A DNA stretch of 37,758 nt from a virus (lineage: Duplodnaviria; Caudoviricetes), in IMG/VR virus record IMGVR_UViG_3300042924_000307, positions 1-37,758 of that record; one strand, 5' to 3'. Position 1 is the first letter of the stretch. Each line of letters starts with the position of its first letter. The translations under genes were made by a program, and so were the position numbers. A model generated the notes under the pieces. The model did no database searches. It was not told the DNA's origin and saw nothing but the letters and a program-made list of their open reading frames with translations. This document shows, one piece after another, positions 10,901 through 18,760 of the stretch.

Positions 10901-11228
10901 TCTTCTTAATCTCTTGGCGGCGCAGGATCTCAGCTTGACGCTCGGGAGTCATTGCCTCGCCAGCGGCTTGCTGGAGGCTAGTTAAGCCTTTAGAGACAAC
11001 GTTACCAGCACCAGCTACGTCGGTAACTGCTTGCGCACCACCGCCTACACCCTGACCAAAAGACAGGGCTAAATCTTTAAGGGAAAAACCCGCAGGCTTA
11101 GCTTCTTGCTCAGGTTTTTGAAAAACTTGTTGAGAAATGAGGTTCTGCGCCTGCTCTGGTGAGAGGCCAGCCGGAACTTCAAATCTAGCAATCCGGCCAT
11201 CCGGCATCTCAAAACGTGCGATTGGCAT
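1941..11228 (-). CDS. Giant (3095 aa) polyvalent virion/ejection protein: zincin metallopeptidase, HhH-glycosylase-like, RelA/SpoT-like nucleotidyltransferase, ART-PolyVal and C-terminal LPD38-like domains
   Basis: HEAIH..EEAIADAF (~8430-8660); GPKIG..TMDMWFMR..QAAIW (~6980-7910); K..R..K/DLLR/GYRD/EIQ (~5310-5780); FKRWFG..YHGS..FDANQVKSATGN..DIRYS (~4505-5030); NF.RKG..PFLNA..RIP.PFEVG (~2250-3010). Last gene of the structural module. Confidence 0.9.
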   Translation of the reverse strand: MPIARFEMPDGRIARFEVPAGLSPEQAQNLISQQVFQKPEQEAKPAGFSLKDLALSFGQGVGGGAQAVTDVAGAGNVVSKGLTSLQQAAGEAMTPERQAEILRRQEIKKKAEGNTLEEIKAVLGGFAEAPLQTLAQGAGSIVPMVLGTALMPAAAVPAAAARLTSLGVSASTAAKVASSLPASTVGAMMGVGGQKGQDYETVKRELLDRKIPEEEAERLAQKAAEYSLENAPRQLAGGAAGALAGGLGVESLVGRIGKKLPEVKGPSLKLPEPTVAQAIGRSTAAEALPEALQSAVSTVGTNVALNQAGVERDLTQGVLANAINDALVGGILGAGASPLKLKEMRQQYVQDEFKGQQEYQKQQQEEIAANQKKINDELSMTQNPLGMLTADDLGADLFKVVEQHRIDTGKPALTSFSLDDIVDALPGKDKAAESASLNAIIAAKTGYTNEVYTPTQIIEAAQAKNVETGTQGFEDFLVRTTGVSDPAQMSQPQLHAAVTALAKLPGFTSTQSLPEGLNATNYTPQQFTQAIDSLNTKMDELGTDELGFKDVTNAIETATGLKGSAVNALINDAARKGDVVTKNKKVSVPSRTTPTGYGISEEVGAEQEQATSYEVRRGDEVLDEHTTKESADQQVEGLNKLTAEEIKSIDESLKAEEAKISKAEKEVQRLILAGNRSTPEFKAAQDAYQKVTDEAFPRIAELKARKESYQTPLSVAPIGVTKVKPKSYVVRKGEGIQTVKQTREEAEQAIFEDLSDTDLQELAKKRSPALQQRVNAEIQRRAALPVTGAPATAVTPEQQDKLDRLKVELPALLTKFGLKDVGLKIVDAIEGGAEGSYQAKLIQIALSAEKPIQTLRHEAIHALKELGFFTPQQWSALERQARKEWVQKYLKDKSYRTDDGKVISRYEAYKTPGIASKDGLTEEDLIEEAIADAFGDFDATKAPPGMLTALLNKLRNFFSALRSYLTGQGFQTYKDVFAKIEKGELKGTAPTVGGESKMALKTEKYGMLNPAIQPKYEKVLNDIIDEMEVTPEELASTSLLYQTGKAGIEQFEGPDIGRLPAVVQHLQDLRRQSGLPLLDTEKPEDRKTLARLMTIEAMAAIRSGGANLEWYDSVINKTLGMAGLKYPELNTDPNARSAFRVGMAITSQGLNVEDNLAFAMKVYDSFRINKRFPEIGQGADQGAMVSNFKLANALLTDMGPDLMRQFLETEFTVDEMRSAGFDIKGELKDEKVLGSSVFGPKIGFGFYSNLNGNFEPTTMDMWFMRTIGRLTGNLKDFDPELYKEQLGKFRNALNIKGDNGVFANQFNDADVEAAKTDDDAAEALARKVKSAHERDYKVNRAGYNDKTKEKSKLVGAAESMINSLDKPRDAPASGSERRNLRDVVRQMVDMVEEKYGKRVPPASLQAAIWYPEQELYKALGVRLRVTSQSYAGAMEKILTKEGYDAGQLSAAAKSGSRTTQRLANAPVAKRTQAAGTQPYRIGPLEAQQREEFLEKYRTKTVIEQEREAPRRKKVVFEVAPDPNNVELSNRWRNLDQATRLNISEKIARSIVRKAMADFDVDGYIAPQVGSYMDDTNPSFALFLNSGDSVEISKFIGFALSQDSMMVISPKPAKGLDKVSAITVDLNTQDPAKIDKIYQELRKIKVDGETPIGGQTTMNGKMILLNYSNVDSNELASLIDDQLKGDYNISVGDVYSAFPEKESYNYANPSDDPRGERGIVRERSRVLRDEATRQLQAELGEPASQRGRRKLSLPLTTEAAQKSENLRGIISDGTLYKIQEVLNTYTEKPKNLSVTPEQRAKAEQALMPYVNKANAIKPKFDKQIRDIAAEVDGEARIPGLKGLGRAAEKLILETEDGIAGNPKGSDIMDLLRATIVVNSESQIQPALELIKKKFPQVLRVKDRFTNPQDTGYRDILMNVRLPNGLAVEIQLNIPEMIKAKTSGHVLYAMSRNLVDGDPKKAMLDDLSRDLYGQAYRFAQNAISPSSAGSALANVSGGTEMSGLAAKTTEPSLSSKIGVASSAQTLAPSGTLNIPASSKESSIEESKKSLKSFYRSPEAAENAAYKKAPPTTPEFKRWFGKSIFKEEGRPMVAYHGSPNEFNIFSERKPIFVSTNPNDAEFFASLKRLGKAQGKPYIYPLWVRAEKPFDYENQDSIEEIRRTYKALLDSRNESGSLPETAIKNGIWSIIENADIQQAIKDAGFDSFYVLEGGRKNLAVFDANQVKSATGNLGDYSESKDIRYSLRNVQNEVSTLPNGAAINSSINRIAPGREQEGFFERIINAFKPQSVDALRQQFLNRYNQLGVYDKEVAKRMGGAALLADSSAESAALMSDNAAAIATMACGIEGKGGIPVFNKGYTTISNANGEKGVLEILMPLAKIGDPRIYQTYQFWAGSLRGSRLLANGTDHTYTKAEIDYAKELLVKYPEFKQVQEDWIKYNNGLMKYAVSTGVLSPEKAAEFMKYSDYIPFYRQIDGETTVGPRLFQNISGVTPPKKLKGLKEGQDVPFADFLETIVRNTQSIIQSGMKNTAAQRAIGQAMYLNVAQKRQDVSYAPGVVTVLENGKPVSYDVADQLFIDAVKSLNLPELPFLSFFAAPANLLRNLVTKDPGFMMANLMRDSLSAWVTSGAKMTPIASTIANFGRAIGGNDPIYIALRNAGVVGGYEFAAGVENSGVILGESLRRATGTQTGTEKALKPFTSLWRGLEKGTEASDAATRMAVYKATLEKTGNEAEAIFRAMEVMNFNRKGNLAIVRILTAAVPFLNARMQGLDVFYRAAFGKMATADAAAIQKSFFIRGATLMALTSMYWFLTHDEEEYLNQEQETRDNNWLFPSAGIRIPIPFEVGVLFKVVPERILEYAFGSDTGKDMADSFKRNLINTFAFNPIPQTVLPFVEARTNYSFFTMRPIVGQGMENVAKEYQMAPNTSEAAKRLGGILGESPIIVDHIMKGYTGSLGMYAIDLIDAVLFSNGDSPKPAKRFEQMPVIKRFIVDKEAKGTVTAYYDLKNSVDEVVRTVNLMERTGNVEDMADYVEKNAHLFGIRNYISSVEKQMKTLREAVIQIRSSDMSAEDKRDTLSAITQAQIAMTSNIREIKKTIAQ

Positions 11229-11238
11229 AGAAACAACC

Positions 11239-13074
11239 TTATTTTTCGTAACCCAAGAATTTTACTTGCCCTGTACCTTGTGCGCTAGTGGGTAATGTAT
11301 CAATACCAGCACCTGAACCTTGACGTTGCAGATATTCTCTAACTTCTTTGTCCCTAGCAGCTTTCATCTCAATATACTTGGGATTTTTAGGGTTCAAAGA
11401 CAAAGCTTCAAGTAATCCATACTTCTTGTCAATGTCTGCAATACCTTTTTCAATGTTTTTCCGGCGAGTAACATCCGCAGATTCCATTGTTCCTGCAGCC
11501 CCAATTTCTGCGGCTCTTTGCATAGCTTGCTCAAGAGTCATCTTCTTGGTTGGGTCAGCAGCCATCAAGGCCATAGCACGGCTCATCAAGTTATCACGAT
11601 TCTGAGCGCCAATCTGAGCGGCACGAATGTTACTCTGACGGTTCTTCTCATTCTCCACAGCTTGTGCGGCAATCCTCTTAGCTTCATCGTCAGATGCATT
11701 AACAGACTTAGCGGCATCAAATGCCTTCTTAAAGATTTCATCACGCTCTTTAGAGGTCATGTCAAACATGCTCTTCTTTTCGGCAAACTCAGCTTCAGAC
11801 TTCTTAGCACCCAACTCAAGGATTTTGTCCATAAGTTCATTTTGCTTGCCTTCACGAGCAAGTTGAAGTTGTCTTTGACGAGCAGCGCCTATAGCGCCTG
11901 ATTCAGCAGATGAGCGTCCACCGCCTAGAGCAATTTGCTCTAAGTACTCCATTGTTGCGTCAAAACCTGTTTTAGGAGCGTTTAGTTTTTGTTTGCGTGC
12001 TTCAAGTTCTGCGGCTGTCTTGTCAAAAATAGACAGGTCACGATTACCAACTTCTCTCATGTAACGATTACGCAGTTCCTGAGCTTTGGCTTCAGGATCT
12101 TGGTTCATCATGTCAGTAAGCTTTTTATAAGCAGCACTTACAGAAGGAATGTTGGCTAAGTCTTTTAAGCCGCCGGGCATAGGCGCATTGTCTGCGTTTA
12201 CACGAGTCTGCGCATTAATATTGGCTTTTGGAGGTGCTGGTGGAGGAGGAGGCGTGCCGGGCTGCGCTCTAAAACCTGCATCTGCTGCGTTAAGTTGACT
12301 GCGTATAGCTGCTGGATCAGTTGCCACTACAGCGTTTTTTTGACGATCTTGTTCTGCAACTTTAACTTCTCTTTCAGTTGGCTTACGCAACATATCTGTA
12401 AATGGAGTTGGGCTAAATCTAAATTTATTACCAACTTGATCATCTGATTGAGTATTAACTTCTTTTCCAGTTAATGCACTACCAATACGGTTTAAGAAAC
12501 GTTCTAATCCAGAACCTGCATTTGCGGCCAAGTTGTAACCAGCGGCTATAGGTAACTGCGCAATATCCCCTGCAGCGGCTAAAGGCTCTAATAGTGCTCT
12601 GCGATCTTCTTCACGTTGGCGAGCTTTCTTTTCTTCTTCTGTTTCTTTAACTTTGTTGCCCGTGCTAAACCCAATAATTCCACCTTCAGCATATCCCTCA
12701 CCCACGTTAGATTCCAATGAATCTAAACCTTGTGCTTGCATCGGAGGACGGGGAATTCCGGGAGGAACTATGTTTGGCTGTCCGTTCTTGCGTTGTTGCT
12801 CCTGCGCCTGTTGCACCATAAGAGCTTGCAATGCCTGACGGGCACGCTCTTGTACGTCTTCAGCAACGGTAGGCATGTTGGTAGGAATCTGAAGAGCCTG
12901 TTGGATGCCCATGTTCTGACGACCCTGACTAAGGTCATAAGCAGCCATAAGCTGACGCAGATCCTGTGGAATCCCGCCATTCTTTTTCTTATCTGCTTCA
13001 ACCTTTGCGTTTAAAGGCTCAGGATTACCCTTGTACGCAGATGCAATTTGATTAACAGTTGGTTGTGTAAACAT
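11239..13074 (-). CDS. Putative internal virion/ejection protein (611 aa, helical, Q/A/K-rich)
   Basis: Position between the nozzle and the giant protein; coiled-coil-like C-half; YAEGG motif. Confidence 0.7.
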   Translation of the reverse strand: MFTQPTVNQIASAYKGNPEPLNAKVEADKKKNGGIPQDLRQLMAAYDLSQGRQNMGIQQALQIPTNMPTVAEDVQERARQALQALMVQQAQEQQRKNGQPNIVPPGIPRPPMQAQGLDSLESNVGEGYAEGGIIGFSTGNKVKETEEEKKARQREEDRRALLEPLAAAGDIAQLPIAAGYNLAANAGSGLERFLNRIGSALTGKEVNTQSDDQVGNKFRFSPTPFTDMLRKPTEREVKVAEQDRQKNAVVATDPAAIRSQLNAADAGFRAQPGTPPPPPAPPKANINAQTRVNADNAPMPGGLKDLANIPSVSAAYKKLTDMMNQDPEAKAQELRNRYMREVGNRDLSIFDKTAAELEARKQKLNAPKTGFDATMEYLEQIALGGGRSSAESGAIGAARQRQLQLAREGKQNELMDKILELGAKKSEAEFAEKKSMFDMTSKERDEIFKKAFDAAKSVNASDDEAKRIAAQAVENEKNRQSNIRAAQIGAQNRDNLMSRAMALMAADPTKKMTLEQAMQRAAEIGAAGTMESADVTRRKNIEKGIADIDKKYGLLEALSLNPKNPKYIEMKAARDKEVREYLQRQGSGAGIDTLPTSAQGTGQVKFLGYEK

Positions 13075-13085
13075 TTATATGTCTT

Positions 13086-15464
13086 TCAAACAGGGAATCC
13101 AAGATTCTTTAACAAATTATTTAAAGTGGTAGAGCCTTGAGCAAATTTAGTCAGGTTACTAGGCTGACTCATTTGATAGCTTTGAGCCGCCAATGGCAAA
13201 CCGCTAAGTAACGATTGTTGGAATTGAACCATCTTATAAGGGTTTGCCCTAGCTTCTTCAAACGCAGCCTTATCTGCCGCAATACCTTCAGCCTCAATGC
13301 CACGCTGTTGAGCGCCAAGAGCTGCTTGTTGTTGCAGGTTAGCCAAGCCCAATTGACCACTAGAGATGCCCAAATCACCTTGAGCTTTTGCAGCTTGAAG
13401 GCCAGTCTGAAGACCTTGCAGTCCCAAGTTAGCACCAAACTGTCTAGACTGTTCTTGTTGTCTTGCCGCATCCAGAGCTGCGCTGATGTTTCCTTGACCA
13501 GCAGTAAGTCCAGCTTGTTGGTTAGCCAAAGCCGCCTGTAGATTTTGTGCGCCAGCAGTGGTGGCCGCCTGCAAGCCTTGGCTTGCACCAAACTGACGAG
13601 ATGCCTCTTCAGCTTGACGACCAGCCAAACCATATTGAGCCGCAGACTGAGCGCCAGTCATGGCTTGTTGTTGGTTAAACTGACGGGCAGCTTCTTGAGC
13701 TTGCTGGGCAGACATTCCATACTGAGCCATCATCTGAGCCGCAGTCATAGACTGACCAGCACCAAATTGTTTGGATTGCTCAGAAGCCTGCTGAGCCTGC
13801 ATATTACGGGCTTGGTCAGCGTTGAATTGACTCATGGCGTTCTGGAACGCTGTGTCGTAGCCTTTACCAGTAATATTTGCTAAGTTAGTACCAAGGTTAC
13901 GTTGGTTCTCAGCGGCAAGAATAGCACCACGGCCACCACCAAAAGCACCGGCACGGGTCATTGCGGCTTTGTTTGCTTGCTCTGTAATCTGCGATTGACG
14001 GCGAGCTTCTTCCAGTTGGGGGTTCAGCGAAGCTTGCAAGTACGGGTTCATGTACTGCTGGGCTTGCTCTCCACCAAATGTGCCAGATGTAAACGCTGTA
14101 TTTTGATACTGACCGGGAGCTTGGAATTGGTTTGTAAAGTTAGTAGCAGCCGACTGTTCTGGTGCTTTGAACTGATTGCCAAATGTAGCGCCCTGATAGG
14201 CAGATGGGGCTTGGAATGTTGAGGAAACATTTTGCGCCGCCAACTTATCATACTGCGGAGCACCAGATGGTGAATAGCTTATGCCTTGAGCTTTAGAAGC
14301 AATATCACCAGCAGTTTGTGCGGCTGTACCAACACTAGCGGGAACTGCCAGATTAGCCGCAGTACCAAATGCTTGTTGCTGTAAGTTAGATGCACCAGCA
14401 GTCAATGGACCGCCGTATTCTTGATACGGCATCTCGGACAAAGCCTTGCCTTTACCAAGCATGTCAGTGACATACTCGCCCGCCCAGTTAGAAAGGTTGG
14501 ACTCAGCGCCAGTAATGCCTTGACTGGCGTTTTTATCAGCGGTAACCAAACTCGGGGTTTGACCAGAAAACTTTTTAATCTCGCCGCCAGCGGCATAAGC
14601 CAGACCACCGGGCATGAACTTGTCAGGATTAATTTTCTTGCCTTGTTTTTTGTTTCCTGTACGGGCCTTGCGAATCTTGTCCATCATGCTGTAGAGTTTT
14701 TTTGCACCAGCATCGGAATTACCATTACCCAAATGCGACACAACATCGGCAGGAATAACAAACTCACCATGACTAAGTGCCGCTGGTTGTTCTTTGCCAA
14801 TTCGTGCTGGAATTTTGTCGGCCATGCCATCAGTCCCGCCTCGTAAATATCTACCTTCGGCCATGCCGCCTTCGGCGTATCTTTCCCTTCCTTGCATATT
14901 TTCAGGCGTGTCATACTCACGAAGTGCGGCTCTTGGTGTATTTATGGCTTGCACGTCTTTTATAAGTTGCTGCGCTGCTGGATCTGTAGACGTAGTATTA
15001 CCAACCAAAGAAGCTAAACCGCCGCCGATTGGGGATGAACCTTGGGGTGTAAACGTTACATCACCACCGTAACGAGTTCCTCCTGCACCGGGACGACGAC
15101 CAGCAGGGGGCGCAGTAACCATACTGCGTGTTGCAGTGTATTTAGGAATGCCGCCTTGGTATCCAGAAGATGAAGATGAAGGAGTAGTTGAGCCAAGTAT
15201 GCCTGCTACACCGCCACCTAGAACGCCAAGTTTACGAAGGTCTATCCCACCCTTATCGTTGCCAAACAAAGACTTAAGGATGCCGCCTAGTTTGCTTGTA
15301 TCTATATTAGGAAGGGTTCCGCCGTAAGTTGGGTCAAATACAGACTCATCACCGCCGCCCATAACAGAGGATAACGCGCCACCATAAGTTGGATCAAATA
15401 CAGATTCGTCGTCCCCTCCGGAACTAGGCAGCATATTTAAGTTAATAAAATCTTCTAAGGTCAT
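13086..15464 (-). CDS. Putative DNA pilot/ejection protein (792 aa; G/A/Q-rich, repeated ExxRQF and F[QK]AP units)
   Basis: AAAGGAAA RBS; DGMADKIPA..LSHGEFVIPADVV block; MNPY..AGAFGG.R block; Q/A-rich helical repeats typical of podovirus DNA-transfer proteins. Confidence 0.75.
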   Translation of the reverse strand: MTLEDFINLNMLPSSGGDDESVFDPTYGGALSSVMGGGDESVFDPTYGGTLPNIDTSKLGGILKSLFGNDKGGIDLRKLGVLGGGVAGILGSTTPSSSSSGYQGGIPKYTATRSMVTAPPAGRRPGAGGTRYGGDVTFTPQGSSPIGGGLASLVGNTTSTDPAAQQLIKDVQAINTPRAALREYDTPENMQGRERYAEGGMAEGRYLRGGTDGMADKIPARIGKEQPAALSHGEFVIPADVVSHLGNGNSDAGAKKLYSMMDKIRKARTGNKKQGKKINPDKFMPGGLAYAAGGEIKKFSGQTPSLVTADKNASQGITGAESNLSNWAGEYVTDMLGKGKALSEMPYQEYGGPLTAGASNLQQQAFGTAANLAVPASVGTAAQTAGDIASKAQGISYSPSGAPQYDKLAAQNVSSTFQAPSAYQGATFGNQFKAPEQSAATNFTNQFQAPGQYQNTAFTSGTFGGEQAQQYMNPYLQASLNPQLEEARRQSQITEQANKAAMTRAGAFGGGRGAILAAENQRNLGTNLANITGKGYDTAFQNAMSQFNADQARNMQAQQASEQSKQFGAGQSMTAAQMMAQYGMSAQQAQEAARQFNQQQAMTGAQSAAQYGLAGRQAEEASRQFGASQGLQAATTAGAQNLQAALANQQAGLTAGQGNISAALDAARQQEQSRQFGANLGLQGLQTGLQAAKAQGDLGISSGQLGLANLQQQAALGAQQRGIEAEGIAADKAAFEEARANPYKMVQFQQSLLSGLPLAAQSYQMSQPSNLTKFAQGSTTLNNLLKNLGFPV

Positions 15465-15466
15465 AA

Positions 15467-18118
15467 TTATTTCCTTTGTGCGGTGTTCTCACCAGCGGGT
15501 GTTAAATCAATAGTTGACCCAAACAAATCTTCCATCAATTTTATATGGGCATAAGGGTCTTGCATAGGGGCTTGTTGCACTGGGGCTTGCTGTCCAATTA
15601 AAAGTGCCAGCAAACCTGATAAGTCCATATCAGACGAACGTGATGCAGGGGCACGGGTTGTTGGGGTTTTGGCCGGAGCTTTAGGTGCTGGGGCTACGCC
15701 GGGGGTAGTTGGCGCTGGGGTTGATGTAGTTGGCGGTCTATTGCCAACAATCTCCAGTTCGCCGCCGTCGTCAATTGGCGTAGGCATAAAGTCATCGTCC
15801 GTTGGCAGGTAGCTAGGTTCTTTGTTACCTGTGATGATAAGTCTCTCTAAATCTGATATCTCAGGATTTTTAATGGGTGTGGCTGGAAAGTCATTGTCCG
15901 TTGGCAAGTAAGCGGGTGGGCGATTACCAACAATTTCAACTCTATTAGAGTCGGCCACGGGAAGCGGTAGGAGAGGCTCACCTGCATCTTCAAGATTCCT
16001 GAAAATGTCCTCGGACACACCTTTGCCAACCGTATCACGATTGCCGGTAATAACAAGCCGCTCTAAATCTGTAATAGGCGCTTTGTATGGCTCTAATGAT
16101 TTAATAAACTCTTCTATGTTTGCAGGCTCTTGTTGAACCGTCATTTCTTCTTTTGGACGGTCGCCCGTTACTACTAACTCGGAAAGTTTTTCTGCTGGAG
16201 TCAGCGAGGGGAGTTCACCCGCATTTTCAAGATTGCTAGAAATGTCTCCAGACATACCCCTGCCGACAGTGTCACGGTTGCCGGTAATAATCATCTCATT
16301 ATTGGCGTTAACCATATTGAGAATGTCGTCGTTGCTTAGCCCGCTATCAGACGGTCTATCGATTGTTTTGATGCCAATCGACTTTAAGAAATCATCAGCC
16401 TCATCAACCTGCGGTTCAGGGGTAAAAGATCTTGTAGCTGACGACGGCCCATACATGCGCTCAAGGTCTTCAATTGCTCTTTGCGTATTTGCATCTTCCT
16501 CGTCAGGGGAAATTTGTGACCGACTAATAGCTGCGTTAAGTCTATTTTCTATGAGTTGTGTTTGCTCTTCTGGGCTAAGCGGGTCTTCTGTTTGCAAATC
16601 TGCGCTGGACTTTGTTGGTGAACTTCCACCGGATCCTGACATTGCATCCATGCCGTAAAGCATCATGGTTAAAGGATCACCACTCTCAATTGCTTTAACT
16701 GCGCCAATGGTTTTGGAAATATCTTTAAGATCTACTCCGCCAATGTTAGTTACCCCACCAAGATTAGCGCCAGAAAAAGCAATAGCCAATGGGTCGCCGC
16801 TCTTTACGGCGCTTGCAAATCTGGCTGCGTTGGCGACATCGGCCATCCCACTGATACCAGCCATGTTGCCAAGACCAGCAGCGCCCGCAATTGCGCCCAA
16901 CACATTACCTTGTTTGGCTGCGATTAGAGAGTTTAAACCTGCGGCAAAAGGCTGCAGACCGGGAACAAATGATGCAAGTGTTAATAACGGGGCAATCTTG
17001 CCAATGTCGCTACTAGATGCGCCTTGTGTGTAAAAAATAGGGTTGCCTTGGGCATCAAACTGTACGCCGTACCCAGTGTTTCCTTTACCTTCGTAGGTTC
17101 CACCAAAGAAATTACCTGTCTGGCGTTCTGTGTATGTGTTTGGAACGGCTTGACCTGTTTCTTTATTACCATAGGTTTGCTCAGTTACAGTCTGATAGAT
17201 TGGTTCACCTGTCTCTTCGTATCCTTGGATCTTTTGGACTTGTCGAGTTATTGGGCCAAACTGCTTGATGTCAGTAATTCCGATACCAGCCAAAATCTTA
17301 GCCATATCTTCAGCATTTTTTTCAGCTGAGCCATAGCCCGCGCCACTCCACTTTGATGTGTCGCTTGAGCCAAGAATCTGCTTAGTTAAAGAACCAAGCA
17401 CCTCGGGTGCTGGCCCTGCTGGTTTAGCGGGTTGTTCAGGCTGAGTTGGTTGAGGAGTTGGTGCTGGCGTAACGCGAGTCGGCTCAGTAACATCTTGCAC
17501 AAATCTTTCAAGTGGCTCTTCAACATCTTCAATGATGTCAGATTTTGGATTACTGGGTGCGAATGGAAGCGGCTCAGCTACTGGTTGAGCAGCGGGTTGA
17601 GTTGGCGTAGGAGGAGGCTCAGTAATATCTTGTACAAATTTTTCAAGCGGCTCTTCAACGACAATGTTATTTAAACCTCTAAAAGGTTCATACGCTGGAG
17701 CTGCTTCAGCAACGGGCTGTGCTATTGGTTGAGCGGCGGGTTCTGTTTTATCGTTAAAAAACTGAGCGTAGTTAAACGGCTCTTCAACATCCTCAATGAT
17801 GCCACTTGAACTATTAAAGGGTGCATACACTGGAGCTGGTTCAGCTATTGGTTGAGCAGTGGGTTGTGTTGGCTTAAAGTAATCCTCAAACTGCTGAGCA
17901 AAATAATTAACTTCAGGCGCAGCGGGTTCTTGGGACGCAAGTAATGCTGCAACAGGATCTATCTGGGGCGCAGCGGGTTGCGGTGTTGCTTGAACAAAAG
18001 GTTGTGGGGGGCGGATGATATTTGTTAAAAATTCTTCCTGAGAAGGACCATCCATCCCGAAGCCACCGTCTTCAAAGTCGTATCTAATTAAACCAAGGTC
18101 GCGATCAAATCTTGCCAT
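15467..18118 (-). CDS. Putative ejection protein (883 aa): acidic Pro-rich repeats, central globular and glycine-zipper hydrophobic segment, C-terminal TonB-box-like repeats
   Basis: AAGGA RBS; long intact ORF in the ejection cluster; repeats described under findings. Confidence 0.75.
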   Translation of the reverse strand: MARFDRDLGLIRYDFEDGGFGMDGPSQEEFLTNIIRPPQPFVQATPQPAAPQIDPVAALLASQEPAAPEVNYFAQQFEDYFKPTQPTAQPIAEPAPVYAPFNSSSGIIEDVEEPFNYAQFFNDKTEPAAQPIAQPVAEAAPAYEPFRGLNNIVVEEPLEKFVQDITEPPPTPTQPAAQPVAEPLPFAPSNPKSDIIEDVEEPLERFVQDVTEPTRVTPAPTPQPTQPEQPAKPAGPAPEVLGSLTKQILGSSDTSKWSGAGYGSAEKNAEDMAKILAGIGITDIKQFGPITRQVQKIQGYEETGEPIYQTVTEQTYGNKETGQAVPNTYTERQTGNFFGGTYEGKGNTGYGVQFDAQGNPIFYTQGASSSDIGKIAPLLTLASFVPGLQPFAAGLNSLIAAKQGNVLGAIAGAAGLGNMAGISGMADVANAARFASAVKSGDPLAIAFSGANLGGVTNIGGVDLKDISKTIGAVKAIESGDPLTMMLYGMDAMSGSGGSSPTKSSADLQTEDPLSPEEQTQLIENRLNAAISRSQISPDEEDANTQRAIEDLERMYGPSSATRSFTPEPQVDEADDFLKSIGIKTIDRPSDSGLSNDDILNMVNANNEMIITGNRDTVGRGMSGDISSNLENAGELPSLTPAEKLSELVVTGDRPKEEMTVQQEPANIEEFIKSLEPYKAPITDLERLVITGNRDTVGKGVSEDIFRNLEDAGEPLLPLPVADSNRVEIVGNRPPAYLPTDNDFPATPIKNPEISDLERLIITGNKEPSYLPTDDDFMPTPIDDGGELEIVGNRPPTTSTPAPTTPGVAPAPKAPAKTPTTRAPASRSSDMDLSGLLALLIGQQAPVQQAPMQDPYAHIKLMEDLFGSTIDLTPAGENTAQRK

Positions 18119-18127
18119 GTTTTTTCC

Positions 18128-18760
18128 TTAAGGCAGGGCCGACACAAACGACATAGTTGCCACTACCGACTGCGTAGACGGCTTAGTAGGCGTACCGGAA
18201 GCGGCAAGATGTTGGATGGTTACGGCAACATTAGGCACAGACCAATAGATTTCTATGTACTGACCCGCCGTCATACTTAGAAAATAGTTCCAGCCAACAA
18301 TTGCGTGTCCATCCGTTCCTGCGTGTCTGTTTGGAATAGATACAAAGCCAGTTGACCCCGGTATATCTACCCCGCTTTGTTTTAACCAGATGTAAACATC
18401 TTGAAAGGCAGTGTCTGTGTTTTGAAACTGGGCACTAAACTGTAGGTTGTAAATACCAGCAGTTGCTACAGTAATTTTAGAACTGCTGATGCTGACACCG
18501 TTGGCAAAATCGGTGGTATTCAGTGTCATCAACGTAGCTGTATTGGCTACTGCTGTCTGATCCTGATCGCTGGAAAACGCGCCATACGGAACCGACAAAG
18601 TTTGAAGCTGGTTAAGTATGCTTTCTAACCGGTTAAAGTACAGACGCAAAATGTTATTGAGTTGGTTCTGGTACTGCTCGTTATATACCGGCGTAGCAAA
18701 CGGCAATGCAGGGGGCTGCACCCTTTGGAGTTCGTACTCTGATGTAACAATCAAGCTCAT
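18128..18760 (-). CDS. Tail-associated structural protein with C1q/BclA-like jelly-roll C-terminus
   Basis: PYGAFS...ITVATAGIYNLQFSAQ...GQYIEIYW beta-strand pattern; N-terminal short coiled coil. Confidence 0.6.
   Translation of the reverse strand: MSLIVTSEYELQRVQPPALPFATPVYNEQYQNQLNNILRLYFNRLESILNQLQTLSVPYGAFSSDQDQTAVANTATLMTLNTTDFANGVSISSSKITVATAGIYNLQFSAQFQNTDTAFQDVYIWLKQSGVDIPGSTGFVSIPNRHAGTDGHAIVGWNYFLSMTAGQYIEIYWSVPNVAVTIQHLAASGTPTKPSTQSVVATMSFVSALP

Noticed and set aside
1941-11228. Tape-measure protein or virion RNA polymerase call for the giant ORF
   Set aside because: No tail tube or chaperone genes nearby and no RNAP catalytic motif recognised; its motifs fit polyvalent-protein domains.
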